Source of the DNA: Nitrospirota bacterium
GTDB taxonomy: Bacteria > Nitrospirota > UBA9217
Direction of reading: 5' to 3'
Length of the DNA stretch: 64,000 bases
Assembly: GCA_963751455.1 (NCBI GenBank)
Contig: CAVVUN010000012.1
Coordinates: forward strand, 480,001 to 544,000
Part shown: piece by piece, positions 19,725 to 31,283 of the stretch
Numbering within the stretch: position 1 is the stretch's first letter
Layout: each line of letters opens with the position of its first letter
Program-made: the position numbers and the translations under genes
The notes under the pieces: model-generated
Seen by the model: only the letters and a program-made list of their open reading frames with translations
What the model was told of the DNA's origin: nothing
The model's database searches: none

Positions 19725-20960
19725 TTATTCGATGCAAACGCAGAACCTCTTCCTGAAATCCTCCGGAGATAATTTTGTGGTTGCTGCAATCTTTTTCAGG
19801 GTCTCCCCCTCCAGGTCACTCTTCTCAAGACGTATCATATAACGCCGTGCCATACGATAATCATCTGCTTTGATGTCCACTGTCCTGATGCGCGTTTTTC
19901 CCGTCTTGGCATCGAGGAGGTCGGCGAATTTAATCGGCAGGCATATCCCGTCCTTCAGCATGATCATCGCACCGGTGCCGCCGGATACCAGAAAATTGAC
20001 TGCGCTGTACCCGAGATAACGGGTGTATTCGCGGTCAAAGGAGATGGGCGGCTGGCAGCGCAGCTCATAGCCGATGTCTTTCGCGATGATCGTCGTCTTC
20101 ACGCCGAAGGTTTCCAGATCCGCGTTTACCCTTTGTTTCAACATATCGCCTATGGGAATCTCCGCCAGGCGGATATTACCGTGGTCGTCGCGCGGGACAT
20201 CCTTGAGGAAGGTGAGCTCTTCAGGATCGAGTCGGGTCGCAACCCCCTCAGCGATCACCGCGACCCCGTGGTTGCTTCCGGATGCAAGGCGCTTGATAAT
20301 GGCGCCCGAGAGAATCGAGAGCACTTTATTGAGGGATATCTTGTTCCCGAGTTCCTCCGGGATCAGCGTGAGCGTGGCGCCGGCGCCCATGCCCATACCG
20401 AGCGCGAGGTGTCCCGCCGAGCGGCCCATTGCGATCACAAAATACCAGCGGCCGGCCGTCCGCGCGTCTTCCATGAGGTTTTCGACAAGCTGCGTCCCGA
20501 GCTGGCGCGCGGTTTCGAAACCAAAAGTCGGAACGCCGTGCGGCAGCGGAAGATCGTTATCGATCGTCTTTGGCACATGGCAAACGGCAATCCTGCCGCC
20601 TGCTTCCTGCTCAACCCGGGTCGCTGTGAAAGCGGTATCGTCGCCGCCGATTGTGACGAGGTATTTGATGCCGAGACCGGTCAGCGCCTTTACTACGTTG
20701 GACATCTTTTCAGGGCTCTTGGTGGGGTTGTCCCGCGAGGTACGGATGATGGAGCCGCCCCGCAGATGAATTCTCGATATTTCTCCGTCGTTGAGCGCAA
20801 CCGTATGGGTCGTGTCCCCCTTGGACAGCCACTTAAACCCGTCATAAATACCTACAACATCGACACCCTGCTTCATAGCCTCGAACGTCACAGCGCTGAT
20901 GACGCCGTTTATTCCCGGCGCCGGGCCTCCGCCGACGACAACCGCAAGTTTATCCGCCAT
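19725..20960 (-). CDS. pfp: PPi-dependent 6-phosphofructokinase
   Basis: GGGPAPGIN, GGDD (Asp at the PPi-specificity position), PKTIDND, MGRSAG, IGYELRC. Confidence 0.9.
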   Translation of the reverse strand: MADKLAVVVGGGPAPGINGVISAVTFEAMKQGVDVVGIYDGFKWLSKGDTTHTVALNDGEISRIHLRGGSIIRTSRDNPTKSPEKMSNVVKALTGLGIKYLVTIGGDDTAFTATRVEQEAGGRIAVCHVPKTIDNDLPLPHGVPTFGFETARQLGTQLVENLMEDARTAGRWYFVIAMGRSAGHLALGMGMGAGATLTLIPEELGNKISLNKVLSILSGAIIKRLASGSNHGVAVIAEGVATRLDPEELTFLKDVPRDDHGNIRLAEIPIGDMLKQRVNADLETFGVKTTIIAKDIGYELRCQPPISFDREYTRYLGYSAVNFLVSGGTGAMIMLKDGICLPIKFADLLDAKTGKTRIRTVDIKADDYRMARRYMIRLEKSDLEGETLKKIAATTKLSPEDFRKRFCVCIE

Positions 20961-21022
20961 TACTGCCTCCTGATTGACGGTGAGCACTGTATGGTGCTCG
21001 ACCATTTTGATTTTACCGCGCA

Positions 21023-21132
21023 ACTCTAGCAAAACAGAATTTGATTGTCAACAGAAACAGTTCAGCATCCTCTTTGTCGCGCGTTTTTGTTTGCTGCCCT
21101 CAGTTGACACTTTGGTATTCAGAAGCTATATT
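21023..21132. promoter_or_regulatory. Divergent sigma70 promoters (pfp and the ferritin-like gene)
   Basis: Minus strand TTGACA-N17-TAGAGT (21051-21023); plus strand TTGACA-N17-TATATT (21104-21132). Confidence 0.6.
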
Positions 21133-21182
21133 TTTTACAGGGTTATCAAGAGCAAAATTACACCGTGAGAGGGAGATCCATT

Positions 21183-21659
21183 ATGAACAAATATTCGATC
21201 GACGAAATTATGGAGATGGCTGTTCAGACGGAAAAACTGGGCTATCAGTTTTATTCGGGCATGGCGGACAAATTCAAGAAGGACGGCAGACTTGTTAATC
21301 TCTTCACCGCGCTCGCGACAAAGGAAAAAAACCATGAGAAGACCTTCACCAACCTGAGAGAAATGATGGCAAAGCACGGGCCTGAGCCGGTGCAGTGGGA
21401 AGAGGTCGAAAGCTATATGAGGGCCTTCGTTGAATCCGAATTTTTCCTCGGCCGGGGGAAATCATTGCCCAATATGGATCATTTGAAGACGGTGCAGGAC
21501 GCGGTCAAATTTGCGTTAGGATTCGAGAAGGAAACCCTGCTCTATTTCATGGAGTTGCGGTCGCTGGTAAAAGAAAAAGAAGTCGTCGACGAGGTAATCA
21601 ATGAAGAGAAAAGCCACATTATGTGGTTGGACTCGTTTAAGCGGGGTATTGCAGGATAA
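21183..21659 (+). CDS. Ferritin-like / rubrerythrin-family protein
   Basis: EKLGYQFY...EKNH and EKETLLYF...EEKSH di-iron motifs. Confidence 0.88.
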   Translation: MNKYSIDEIMEMAVQTEKLGYQFYSGMADKFKKDGRLVNLFTALATKEKNHEKTFTNLREMMAKHGPEPVQWEEVESYMRAFVESEFFLGRGKSLPNMDHLKTVQDAVKFALGFEKETLLYFMELRSLVKEKEVVDEVINEEKSHIMWLDSFKRGIAG

Positions 21660-21707
21660 ACGAGAGGCGAGAAAGAGCAATGCCGGGCTACACTGTCTTC
21701 TGTTCGC

Positions 21708-22505
21708 TTAGAGAGGCAATGCAGGAACCGGGTGCGAAATCTTGACGGCATCGGGGTGAGGTGTAATTGGTTTCTCCGGCAAGCTGCCTTCTGCCTCGGT
21801 GGTCGCTCCCTTGTACTCAACGAGCAATTCACCGACAGTGACCAGCTTGAAGCCGTTTTTTCTCAAACCCTGGATCACGATTGGCAGGGCCTCTGCTGTA
21901 TGCACCCCGTTCCGGTTCATATGGAACACGATGATGCTGCCTCCCTGCGCTTTTTTCAAAACACCGCGTATGAGTGCTCTGGCTGAAAGGTTCGGATCGG
22001 GGTCTCCGGAAGCGATATCATATTGTATGGTAACCAGACCCGCATCCGCCGCAAGCCGTGCCACCCGTTCATCGACTTCACCGAACGGCGGCCGGAAATA
22101 CAACGGGGTTTTGCCGGTGATCTTTTTGATGAGGGTCTGCGTTCGCTTGAATTCGCGCATGTCCCGGTCGTCCGGTTTTTCCGTCATGTGAGGATGGTAA
22201 TAGCTGTGCGCGGCTATCTCGAACTGCGTCTGATTCGCGAGAAATGCCGCCCTCGCCTTATTTTTCTCGACCCATCTGCCGCTTAAAAAAATGGTGGCCG
22301 GGACCTGTTCCCGAAGCAGTATCTCGATGACCTTCTCGTCATATTCGTCCGGTCTGGCCGTGGGACAGGCATCAAAGGTGAGCGCCACCATACCGGAATT
22401 TCTCTCCCCGTGTTCGACAATAATCGCCCGATCAGCCGGCTGCGCGAAAATAAGCGGGACAGAACAGGACAGAAGTAAAATGAGTATAATAGGCCGATAT
22501 GTCAT
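21708..22505 (-). CDS. Polysaccharide deacetylase (NodB-like), exported
   Basis: Signal peptide, ALTFDAC, HSYYH, FRPPFG, IIVFH. Confidence 0.88.
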   Translation of the reverse strand: MTYRPIILILLLSCSVPLIFAQPADRAIIVEHGERNSGMVALTFDACPTARPDEYDEKVIEILLREQVPATIFLSGRWVEKNKARAAFLANQTQFEIAAHSYYHPHMTEKPDDRDMREFKRTQTLIKKITGKTPLYFRPPFGEVDERVARLAADAGLVTIQYDIASGDPDPNLSARALIRGVLKKAQGGSIIVFHMNRNGVHTAEALPIVIQGLRKNGFKLVTVGELLVEYKGATTEAEGSLPEKPITPHPDAVKISHPVPALPL

Positions 22506-22581
22506 TAGAAAGTATTATATCAAAAAGAAGCATAAAAAGGCACAGTTCTTTACTTTTGGTAGCCTTGAACGGAAGAGGGGT

Positions 22582-25500
22582 GCCTAGCATATCACTGAGG
22601 AATATAAGGGCAAGGCGGCTATTGTCCGCAGATTGATGCAGATAGCTTCAATGAGGGCCTCAGCATATCGCTGAGGAATATTATGGACCGAGGCGACCAT
22701 GTCGCCGTGATCTACGGGCTTCAATGAGGCCTCAGCATATCGCTGAGGAATATAAAGCTAAAAAGCTGATAGGTAATCGCACTATTACGCTTCAATGAGG
22801 CCTCAGCATATCGCTGAGGAATATCGGTGTGTCCGTGGATCGCCTGGCTCGTCCAGGTGCTTCAATGAGGCCTCAGCATATCGCTGAGGAATATCGCGCG
22901 GATCGTAGTAGAGGCCGGAGCCGTCGAGGGTGCTTCAATGAGGCCTCAGCATATCGCTGAGGAATATTCGCACACTCACCGAAAAAATACACGATGCTCA
23001 AATTGCTTCAATGAGGCCTCAGCATATCGCTGAGGAATATAGCGCCGACCTCTATAAAGTATTACAGGATAAACCATGCTTCAATGAGGCCTCAGCATAT
23101 CGCTGAGGAATATGTAACACTTCACGCACTTAACTCTATCGCCTAGTGTGCTTCAATGAGGCCTCAGCATATCGCTGAGGAATATGGTGCCGTTCTGATG
23201 GACGAATTTTCAAAGCAGGCATGGCTTCAATGAGGCCTCAGCATATCGCTGAGGAATATGCCTCGAGGATCCTGAACTGGGAAGGCTTCACGCTCGAGCT
23301 TCAATGAGGCCTCAGCATATCGCTGAGGAATATATGTCCTTGTTCCCGCGGATCTTCACCCAGATTTCCCGGCTTCAATGAGGCCTCAGCATATCGCTGA
23401 GGAATATGGACGCTTCGATGAGCTTGTTTCCGGCTACGTCGAATGGCTTCAATGAGGCCTCAGCATATCGCTGAGGAATATCGGGTTTTCGGTTGACCCG
23501 ATAAGATTTTTTAAAAGGCTTCAATGAGGCCTCAGCATATCGCTGAGGAATATCCGCACTGTAAACAGGTAACGCCGCCCGGTTTATGATTGCTTCAATG
23601 AGGCCTCAGCATATCGCTGAGGAATATGAGGCGGCAGTCCTTTTCTGCATGATGATCCCTCACTAGCTTCAATGAGGCCTCAGCATATCGCTGAGGAATA
23701 TGTTTTGTTCCACCAAAGTGAACACCGAGTATCTTCCAGCTTCAATGAGGCCTCAGCATATCGCTGAGGAATATAACCTCGATCATATCTCTTTCCTCTC
23801 TCTCGCCTCGCTTCAATGAGGCCTCAGCATATCGCTGAGGAATATAACTTCGATCATATCTCTTTCCTCTCTCTCGCCTCGCTTCAATGAGGCCTCAGCA
23901 TATCGCTGAGGAATATGAACTTGAGGGTAAGGCTCAAGAGTTTGAACTGCAAGCGCTTCAATGAGGCCTCAGCATATCGCTGAGGAATATAAAAGGCTGT
24001 TGATAGTGATATCGAAAATATAGGCAGCTTCAATGAGGCCTCAGCATATCGCTGAGGAATATGCCAGGTATGGTTCGGATAAAAGAGCATGATGTCCGGG
24101 TGCTTCAATGAGGCCTCAGCATATCGCTGAGGAATATCGATTGAAACAGCTATTGATGCGGCCGTAAGACATTACGCTTCAATGAGGCCTCAGCATATCG
24201 CTGAGGAATATCGTGCTCGACGCCGCGCAGGTCCAGATCGAGTTCCTCAATGCTTCAATGAGGCCTCAGCATATCGCTGAGGAATATTATGAGCGCCAGC
24301 ATGGACATCGGCAGCGCAGCAGGAGCTTCAATGAGGCCTCAGCATATCGCTGAGGAATATTGGGCTGAGGATGAGATGAAGATCCCCTATCCGGAAGCTT
24401 CAATGAGGCCTCAGCATATCGCTGAGGAATATCCACGCCTACGCTGATGTCCGCCGGGATCGAGACAAGGGCTTCAATGAGGCCTCAGCATATCGCTGAG
24501 GAATATGGTTCATGATCTTCGGGGTTGTCTCGACGACATCATGCTTCAATGAGGCCTCAGCATATCGCTGAGGAATATGGGACGGATCGGACGTATGGGA
24601 CGAATGTAAAATCGAAGCTTCAATGAGGCCTCAGCATATCGCTGAGGAATATGACGCCAATGTCTGTTTCTAATGTTATGCGCGGTAAAGCTTCAATGAG
24701 GCCTCAGCATATCGCTGAGGAATATCATGCTGTCCCGGTATCGCTTCCGCTTCACGTCCGAGCTTCAATGAGGCCTCAGCATATCGCTGAGGAATATGTG
24801 CTGGGCTTGAGACCTATCCGGCGCGCTACTTCAGGCTTCAATGAGGCCTCAGCATATCGCTGAGGAATATGGTGGGCCTGAGGACCGTCCCTCCCATCAC
24901 CAAATTTGCTTCAATGAGGCCTCAGCATATCGCTGAGGAATATGTTCCGTTCCACGCAACAGCCCATAGGCTAATATTTTTGCTTCAATGAGGCCTCAGC
25001 ATATCGCTGAGGAATATAAACAGACTATACGATCGTGGCGCAGCAGAACCTGATGCTTCAATGAGGCCTCAGCATATCGCTGAGGAATATAAAGACAGCG
25101 AGGCGGTAAACGGTGGCATTGAGGCGGCTTCAATGAGGCCTCAGCATATCGCTGAGGAATATGTCCATTTACTTTCCTTCACTCACTTGATAATGCTAAA
25201 GCTTCAATGAGGCCTCAGCATATCGCTGAGGAATATGACTGACCAACAGAATGAGACGGTGGCGAATACATAGCTTCAATGAGGCCTCAGCATATCGCTG
25301 AGGAATATCTTGATGAGAAAACCCCGATCATAAAAGATGCACAGGCTTCAATGAGGCCTCAGCATATCGCTGAGGAATATAGGGAAGCTAAGAAATTAGG
25401 AGACGAGGTCGTCGAGCTTCAATGAGGCCTCAGCATATCGCTGAGGAATATGCTTCAGGCCGCTTTGTCCGGCGCAGCCGGCAAGGAGCTTCAATGAGGC

Positions 25501-28500
25501 CTCAGCATATCGCTGAGGAATATTACAACCCGTCGCCTCGCTTCGTCCCTAAACTCTGCGCTTCAATGAGGCCTCAGCATATCGCTGAGGAATATGGCGA
25601 AGCAGCATTACGGCTGGTACACGGGGACGTCGCTTCAATGAGGCCTCAGCATATCGCTGAGGAATATATTGCAATGGCGGCTGATGCCAAATCCCCTACT
25701 TTGCTTCAATGAGGCCTCAGCATATCGCTGAGGAATATGGAGCTGGCAACGATCGAGGAGGCGATCGTAAAAAATGCTTCAATGAGGCCTCAGCATATCG
25801 CTGAGGAATATCGCGCGCAGACAGGCCATGGCAAAGCAGACCAGGCTGTTGCTTCAATGAGGCCTCAGCATATCGCTGAGGAATATCTGTCAGGCACCAG
25901 TTCATAAAGGTGAAAAGGCCGTTCGCTTCAATGAGGCCTCAGCATATCGCTGAGGAATATGGCTGAAAAGATCGCTCGAGTGAACCACGATCTCTTGCTT
26001 CAATGAGGCCTCAGCATATCGCTGAGGAATATCGGAAAAAGCAGAGTCCTGGTCGAAAGAGCGTTTCATGCTTCAATGAGGCCTCAGCATATCGCTGAGG
26101 AATATCGTCAGCTTCAACTACGGAGGCTCTCATGGCAAAGATGCTTCAATGAGGCCTCAGCATATCGCTGAGGAATATGGCGTCTTTCTTCACGGGCTTT
26201 TCCTTCCATTCCTTGCTTCAATGAGGCCTCAGCATATCGCTGAGGAATATCCTAGCTCCGCTTTCTATTCCAACTTCTGACAGAAACTGCTTCAATGAGG
26301 CCTCAGCATATCGCTGAGGAATATAGGGCGGTATGAGTGATGAAACACTTGAAATGCAGGCTTCAATGAGGCCTCAGCATATCGCTGAGGAATATACGCC
26401 GGAGGCGACGTCAAACAATTCCATAGAATTCAGGCTTCAATGAGGCCTCAGCATATCGCTGAGGAATATATCGACTTCGCCGTGGTAAAGACATATCGGT
26501 TTATAGCTTCAATGAGGCCTCAGCATATCGCTGAGGAATATGGAGGGAAGATTTTGTCCGACCTGCCACATAACTTTTAAGCTTCAATGAGGCCTCAGCA
26601 TATCGCTGAGGAATATGGATCTATCGCCTGGCGGGAATTCCTGAAGCGGCCAAAGCTTCAATGAGGCCTCAGCATATCGCTGAGGAATATTTCCTCATTT
26701 CAACCACGTCACATACAGCGGCACTGGCTTCAATGAGGCCTCAGCATATCGCTGAGGAATATGAGCGAAACCGCTTTATCATGGCATCGCAGCCGATGCT
26801 TCAATGAGGCCTCAGCATATCGCTGAGGAATATACTTCGGATATTCTGAACGTCGCTACGATGCAATTTGGGCTTCAATGAGGCCTCAGCATATCGCTGA
26901 GGAATATCTCACAGAAAACAGCGTGTTCGAATACTACACGCCGGCTTCAATGAGGCCTCAGCATATCGCTGAGGAATATAAAACAACTTATACGTCAGCT
27001 GCCGAGACCACAGCGCTTCAATGAGGCCTCAGCATATCGCTGAGGAATATGCGGCGGAAAATAACACATGGAAGGGCGTCACGTATGGGCTTCAATGAGG
27101 CCTCAGCATATCGCTGAGGAATATTCCCTATCACGATAAGCCTCGATATGATATCAGAATGCTTCAATGAGGCCTCAGCATATCGCTGAGGAATATCATT
27201 CCGGATAGGCGAGGTCTTCGCCGGGTGCGCCGCTTCAATGAGGCCTCAGCATATCGCTGAGGAATATAGAACAGCATCCTGGTCGACAATGCCGGCGTCA
27301 CGAAGCTTCAATGAGGCCTCAGCATATCGCTGAGGAATATTGATCGGGCCGGTGCCGACGCCGGTTGTGGATGATGAGCTTCAATGAGGCCTCAGCATAT
27401 CGCTGAGGAATATGCCCGAAAGCGCGGCAACGTTCGCGGGCCGCGCGGGCTTCAATGAGGCCTCAGCATATCGCTGAGGAATATAAATACAATATTGGAT
27501 ATATCTGACATTTCAGTTTTGCTTCAATGAGGCCTCAGCATATCGCTGAGGAATATATGCTCTAAACTTGATCTCTCGCACGGTTCCCTTTCCGCTTCAA
27601 TGAGGCCTCAGCATATCGCTGAGGAATATAATATGCCTGCTGCAAAATTCCGGGGATTCGACAACCAGCTTCAATGAGGCCTCAGCATATCGCTGAGGAA
27701 TATAGAGCGCATAGAGCATGGCGTTGAATGGGAGGACCATGCTTCAATGAGGCCTCAGCATATCGCTGAGGAATATAGCTCCGCTGTCGCCCAATTGTCC
27801 GTGGAATAGTAGACGCTTCAATGAGGCCTCAGCATATCGCTGAGGAATATCCGGGGACTGACGCCGGAGCGGCTCGCCGCGATCCTGCTTCAATGAGGCC
27901 TCAGCATATCGCTGAGGAATATAAACTGCATTACATGCAAACTCAAAACAACCTGCCTGCTTCAATGAGGCCTCAGCATATCGCTGAGGAATATACTCCC
28001 GCTGTCGCAGTCGTAAACGCTGGGCACTGGCGCTTCAATGAGGCCTCAGCATATCGCTGAGGAATATAAAAACCTATGGACGTAATTCTCGCAGACATAC
28101 AAAGCTTCAATGAGGCCTCAGCATATCGCTGAGGAATATGCTGACGTTTGGTTGTGTGATTTGGTGAATCTACGGCTTCAATGAGGCCTCAGCATATCGC
28201 TGAGGAATATGCTGCCGGCGAGTCCGGGCGGCCGCGAAAGCGCCGAGCTTCAATGAGGCCTCAGCATATCGCTGAGGAATATGCCGATATAGAGCTTGCG
28301 CAGACCCGCGGTATTCGGCTTCAATGAGGCCTCAGCATATCGCTGAGGAATATGATATGTTTGCGTTCGGCGAGACAGGCATTGTTGTGCTTCAATGAGG
28401 CCTCAGCATATCGCTGAGGAATATACGCCATGCGCCATGCCCCATGCGCCATGCATCACTTAGCTTCAATGAGGCCTCAGCATATCGCTGAGGAATATCT

Positions 28501-28931
28501 CATAACGCGTCGTTTTCTCCTCTTTGGACCAAGGGCTTCAATGAGGCCTCAGCATATCGCTGAGGAATATATTATAGGCCAGATTGAAGTCGCCGACGAA
28601 TTTTCTCGCTTCAATGAGGCCTCAGCATATCGCTGAGGAATATGTGCACCGGCGCAATCGGGCGGCAGCGCAACATAAGCTTCAATGAGGCCTCAGCATA
28701 TCGCTGAGGAATATACCCGCACAGGAGATAAATATGAAAACCACTACAAGCTTCAATGAGGCCTCAGCATATCGCTGAGGAATATTCCGCACTCTCTTGT
28801 GGGACGTACTGCTCGGGTTTAGTGCTTCAATGAGGCCTCAGCATATCGCTGAGGAATATAAGACGCACAACAATCCTAAATACGGAGGGCCAGATGCTTC
28901 AATGAGGCCTCAGCATATCGCTGAGGAATAT
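22582..28931 (-). CRISPR. Type I-G CRISPR array: 87 full 36-bp repeats plus one degenerate terminal repeat, 87 spacers of about 34-40 nt (manual count)
   Basis: Repeat on + strand GCTTCAATGAGGCCTCAGCATATCGCTGAGGAATAT (minus strand ends ...ATTGAAGC) with a 7-bp CCTCAGC/GCTGAGG stem. The degenerate repeat ends at 22605 and the leader lies next to cas2, so transcription is on the minus strand. Confidence 0.99.
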
Positions 28932-29160
28932 GGCATCTATCGTAACCTTCTGTATCCGGAAGGGTTTTTCTTATTTCTGCGAGTACCTGAAATTTCTAAG
29001 GTCTTTTGCTGCTTTTCGGTCATATGGTCCTTACCTCCTTTTACTAAAAACTCTCAATTGTCAAAGAACTAAGGCGTCGCGAGCGCTATCCGGCAAAATC
29101 ACATCACTGGAGCGCTCGCAACCCATCGGCAAAGAAAATATTTACAAATCTTAAAATTAT
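28932..29160 (-). promoter_or_regulatory. CRISPR leader
   Basis: AT-rich stretch between cas2 and the first repeat, with the inverted repeat GCGAGCGCT...AGCGCTCGC at about 29079-29119. Confidence 0.8.
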
Positions 29161-29161
29161 T

Positions 29162-29452
29162 CTACACGACAACTGCTTCCCGCACAATAGGCTTAAAGCT
29201 TCTCCCGAGACTAGTAATCCGCGGATCGATGCCCTCGGCCGGACCAAGGTCCAGCATGATAACATGGTCCTTGTCGTCCATGATCAGGCCGTCGAGCTGA
29301 CTCATAAGCTGCATGTACCGCTTCTTACTGAGGCGGCATTGAAACACCGAGAGCTGAAGCCATTGGCCGTAACCGTTCATCAGTTTAAACACCCTTCGCC
29401 ATCGTTTTTGATCTTCGATGTCGTACGTAACGATGTAAAGATGCTCTTCCAT
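29162..29452 (-). CDS. cas2: CRISPR-associated endonuclease Cas2
   Basis: YIVTYDI, YGQWLQLSVFQC. Confidence 0.96.
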   Translation of the reverse strand: MEEHLYIVTYDIEDQKRWRRVFKLMNGYGQWLQLSVFQCRLSKKRYMQLMSQLDGLIMDDKDHVIMLDLGPAEGIDPRITSLGRSFKPIVREAVVV

Positions 29453-29456
29453 AGCA

Positions 29457-31172
29457 TCACCTCGTTGTGAAATTCGGATAATCCGGGATGTCGTTCAGCA
29501 GAAACCTTCCAAGCAACCGGGCCTGAATCTCAAACAACCTGCGGTAATTCACCTTGTATCCGAAGATCGGATGGGTTATCTCCTGGGCCAGCCGCCGCTC
29601 AAAGGAAGTGATAAACCGCTTTCTACCATCGTCGGTCAGCGCGACGCTGCCTGCTGCATTGATAAAATCCGATGGCCGCACTTCCCCGTTGTTTATCGCC
29701 TGGATCACGGATGAATCCGCGATGATAGGCCGGAAAGGCTCCATCATATCGAGGCTAAGTGCCGGCCTTCCATAGCGCGGCTGATGATAGAACCCGCGAT
29801 AAGGATCGAAACCCACGGCGGAAAGCGTCACAGTCCATGTCCTCGTCAGAATCGAATAGGCATAGGAAAGCAAGGCATTCACCGGGTCCGTCGGCGGACG
29901 CCGGTTCCGGTTAGTGAACTCGAAACGCAGGCTTTGAGGATCGCCGTCCTTCTTGATAAGATTGTCGAAGCTGCCGAAATACCGCTGTGCAGCCATACCC
30001 TCGATGCCCAGAAGCGAAGACAGGTCTTTGGCCCTCTGACAATCATCGGCATAACGCTTCAACTCGTCCAGCAGGGCCTCCGGCTTTTCCTCGCCGCGCC
30101 AGTTCCTTCTGAGCAGGGTCCGGCTATTCGCGATCTTCGCGCGCACCAGCCCGCGCGCAAGGCGAAGGCAAAGCTTCTCATCGAAGCTCGTCCGGTACTG
30201 GGCCGTGCGGAGTTCCACGTTCTTGTGCCCCACGCCCATGCTGTGCCCCAGAAACCAGCCGCCATAGGAATGCCACGTGATCGGGATCTCACGGCGCATG
30301 AGTTCATGAAGCGTCGGGGTAGTAACATATACATTGCCGAAGATCACAAGCTGCGACACGTCGATAAGCCGTACCGTTGCCTGGTGCTGATCGTTCACGG
30401 TGACTTCCAGCGTCTCTCCGCTCTTGGCGACCTTCCCATGGCTCGCCTGCACATACAGCGGCAGGGCCTCCTCGCGCGCAACCGCGAGGGGCCGCGGCGC
30501 TTCACCCGCATGGCCCAGATAGTTCACCTCGTCCGGAAGGCATATCGCCGCAAGCGAGCAGCGCGGGCACTTCGGACTGTCATTGAGCGGAGGAGGAATC
30601 TGGCCGCCTCCCGCAATGCAGCGGAGGCCGTTCACCGCAGCCAGGGTCTTGGCGCGCAGCTCCTCGTCGAAATCCACCTGCACCCGCTCGCGCGACTCCG
30701 CGAAGTACAGGACTCCGGACTCGCAAGCGTAGCCATGCTCTTCGAGGATCATGCCCTGCACGCAGACCTGGATGCGCTCAGGGTCATAAGCGCCCTTTGC
30801 AGTATGAGGCCGCTTGCCGCGCTTATAATCCACGGGCGTGATTGTGCTGCCCTCGCCCTCCACCAGGTCCATCTTCGCGATCAAACCAAGACGGTTCGAG
30901 GAAAGCGTGATTGACCGCGCATGGATGCGCTCATTCTCTTCGGCTTCGCCTGGCGCGGGTAGATTGCCTTTTTTCTCGTCCACCCTGCGATGCGTGTACT
31001 TGCCCTCGACCGTGTCCGCTGACTCGGCCCACTCTCCCTGGACCCATTCGAGGTACGCCAGGCGCGGACAGTACTCGTACTCGTTCACCATCCGGGCCGG
31101 CAGCATCGGCAGGTCCCCGGACAGCTCCGGAAAAGGAAGCGGCAGATCTCTTTGGACTTCGTCGGTATCCAT
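29457..31172 (-). CDS. cas1: Cas4-Cas1 fusion (type I-G)
   Basis: N-terminal Cas4 (YCPR, DLVE, PVDYKRG, CPRCSLAAIC); C-terminal Cas1 (GIEG, RNRRPPTDPVNALLS, GFYH, LDMMEPFRP). Confidence 0.96.
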   Translation of the reverse strand: MDTDEVQRDLPLPFPELSGDLPMLPARMVNEYEYCPRLAYLEWVQGEWAESADTVEGKYTHRRVDEKKGNLPAPGEAEENERIHARSITLSSNRLGLIAKMDLVEGEGSTITPVDYKRGKRPHTAKGAYDPERIQVCVQGMILEEHGYACESGVLYFAESRERVQVDFDEELRAKTLAAVNGLRCIAGGGQIPPPLNDSPKCPRCSLAAICLPDEVNYLGHAGEAPRPLAVAREEALPLYVQASHGKVAKSGETLEVTVNDQHQATVRLIDVSQLVIFGNVYVTTPTLHELMRREIPITWHSYGGWFLGHSMGVGHKNVELRTAQYRTSFDEKLCLRLARGLVRAKIANSRTLLRRNWRGEEKPEALLDELKRYADDCQRAKDLSSLLGIEGMAAQRYFGSFDNLIKKDGDPQSLRFEFTNRNRRPPTDPVNALLSYAYSILTRTWTVTLSAVGFDPYRGFYHQPRYGRPALSLDMMEPFRPIIADSSVIQAINNGEVRPSDFINAAGSVALTDDGRKRFITSFERRLAQEITHPIFGYKVNYRRLFEIQARLLGRFLLNDIPDYPNFTTR

Positions 31173-31283
31173 AAAAACCTTTAAATTGTCGTAACAGCTG
31201 CGTAAACCGTTAAGCAAACCGTTTAAACCGTTTTTATCGTTTCAAGCCGGTCTGCGGAAGTCTCCCCTTGACCTAGTTCATGC

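Noticed and set aside
22606-28895. Self-targeting spacers within this window
   Set aside because: None spotted by eye, but this cannot be excluded without an alignment.
23884-29154. ORFs inside the CRISPR array and leader (MRPQHIAEEY / IPQRYAEASLK repeats)
   Set aside because: Translations of the repeat-spacer units, not genes.
31190-31245. AAACCGTT short tandem repeats upstream of cas4/1
   Set aside because: Resembles the generic short intergenic repeats of this genome, with no evidence of a specific role.
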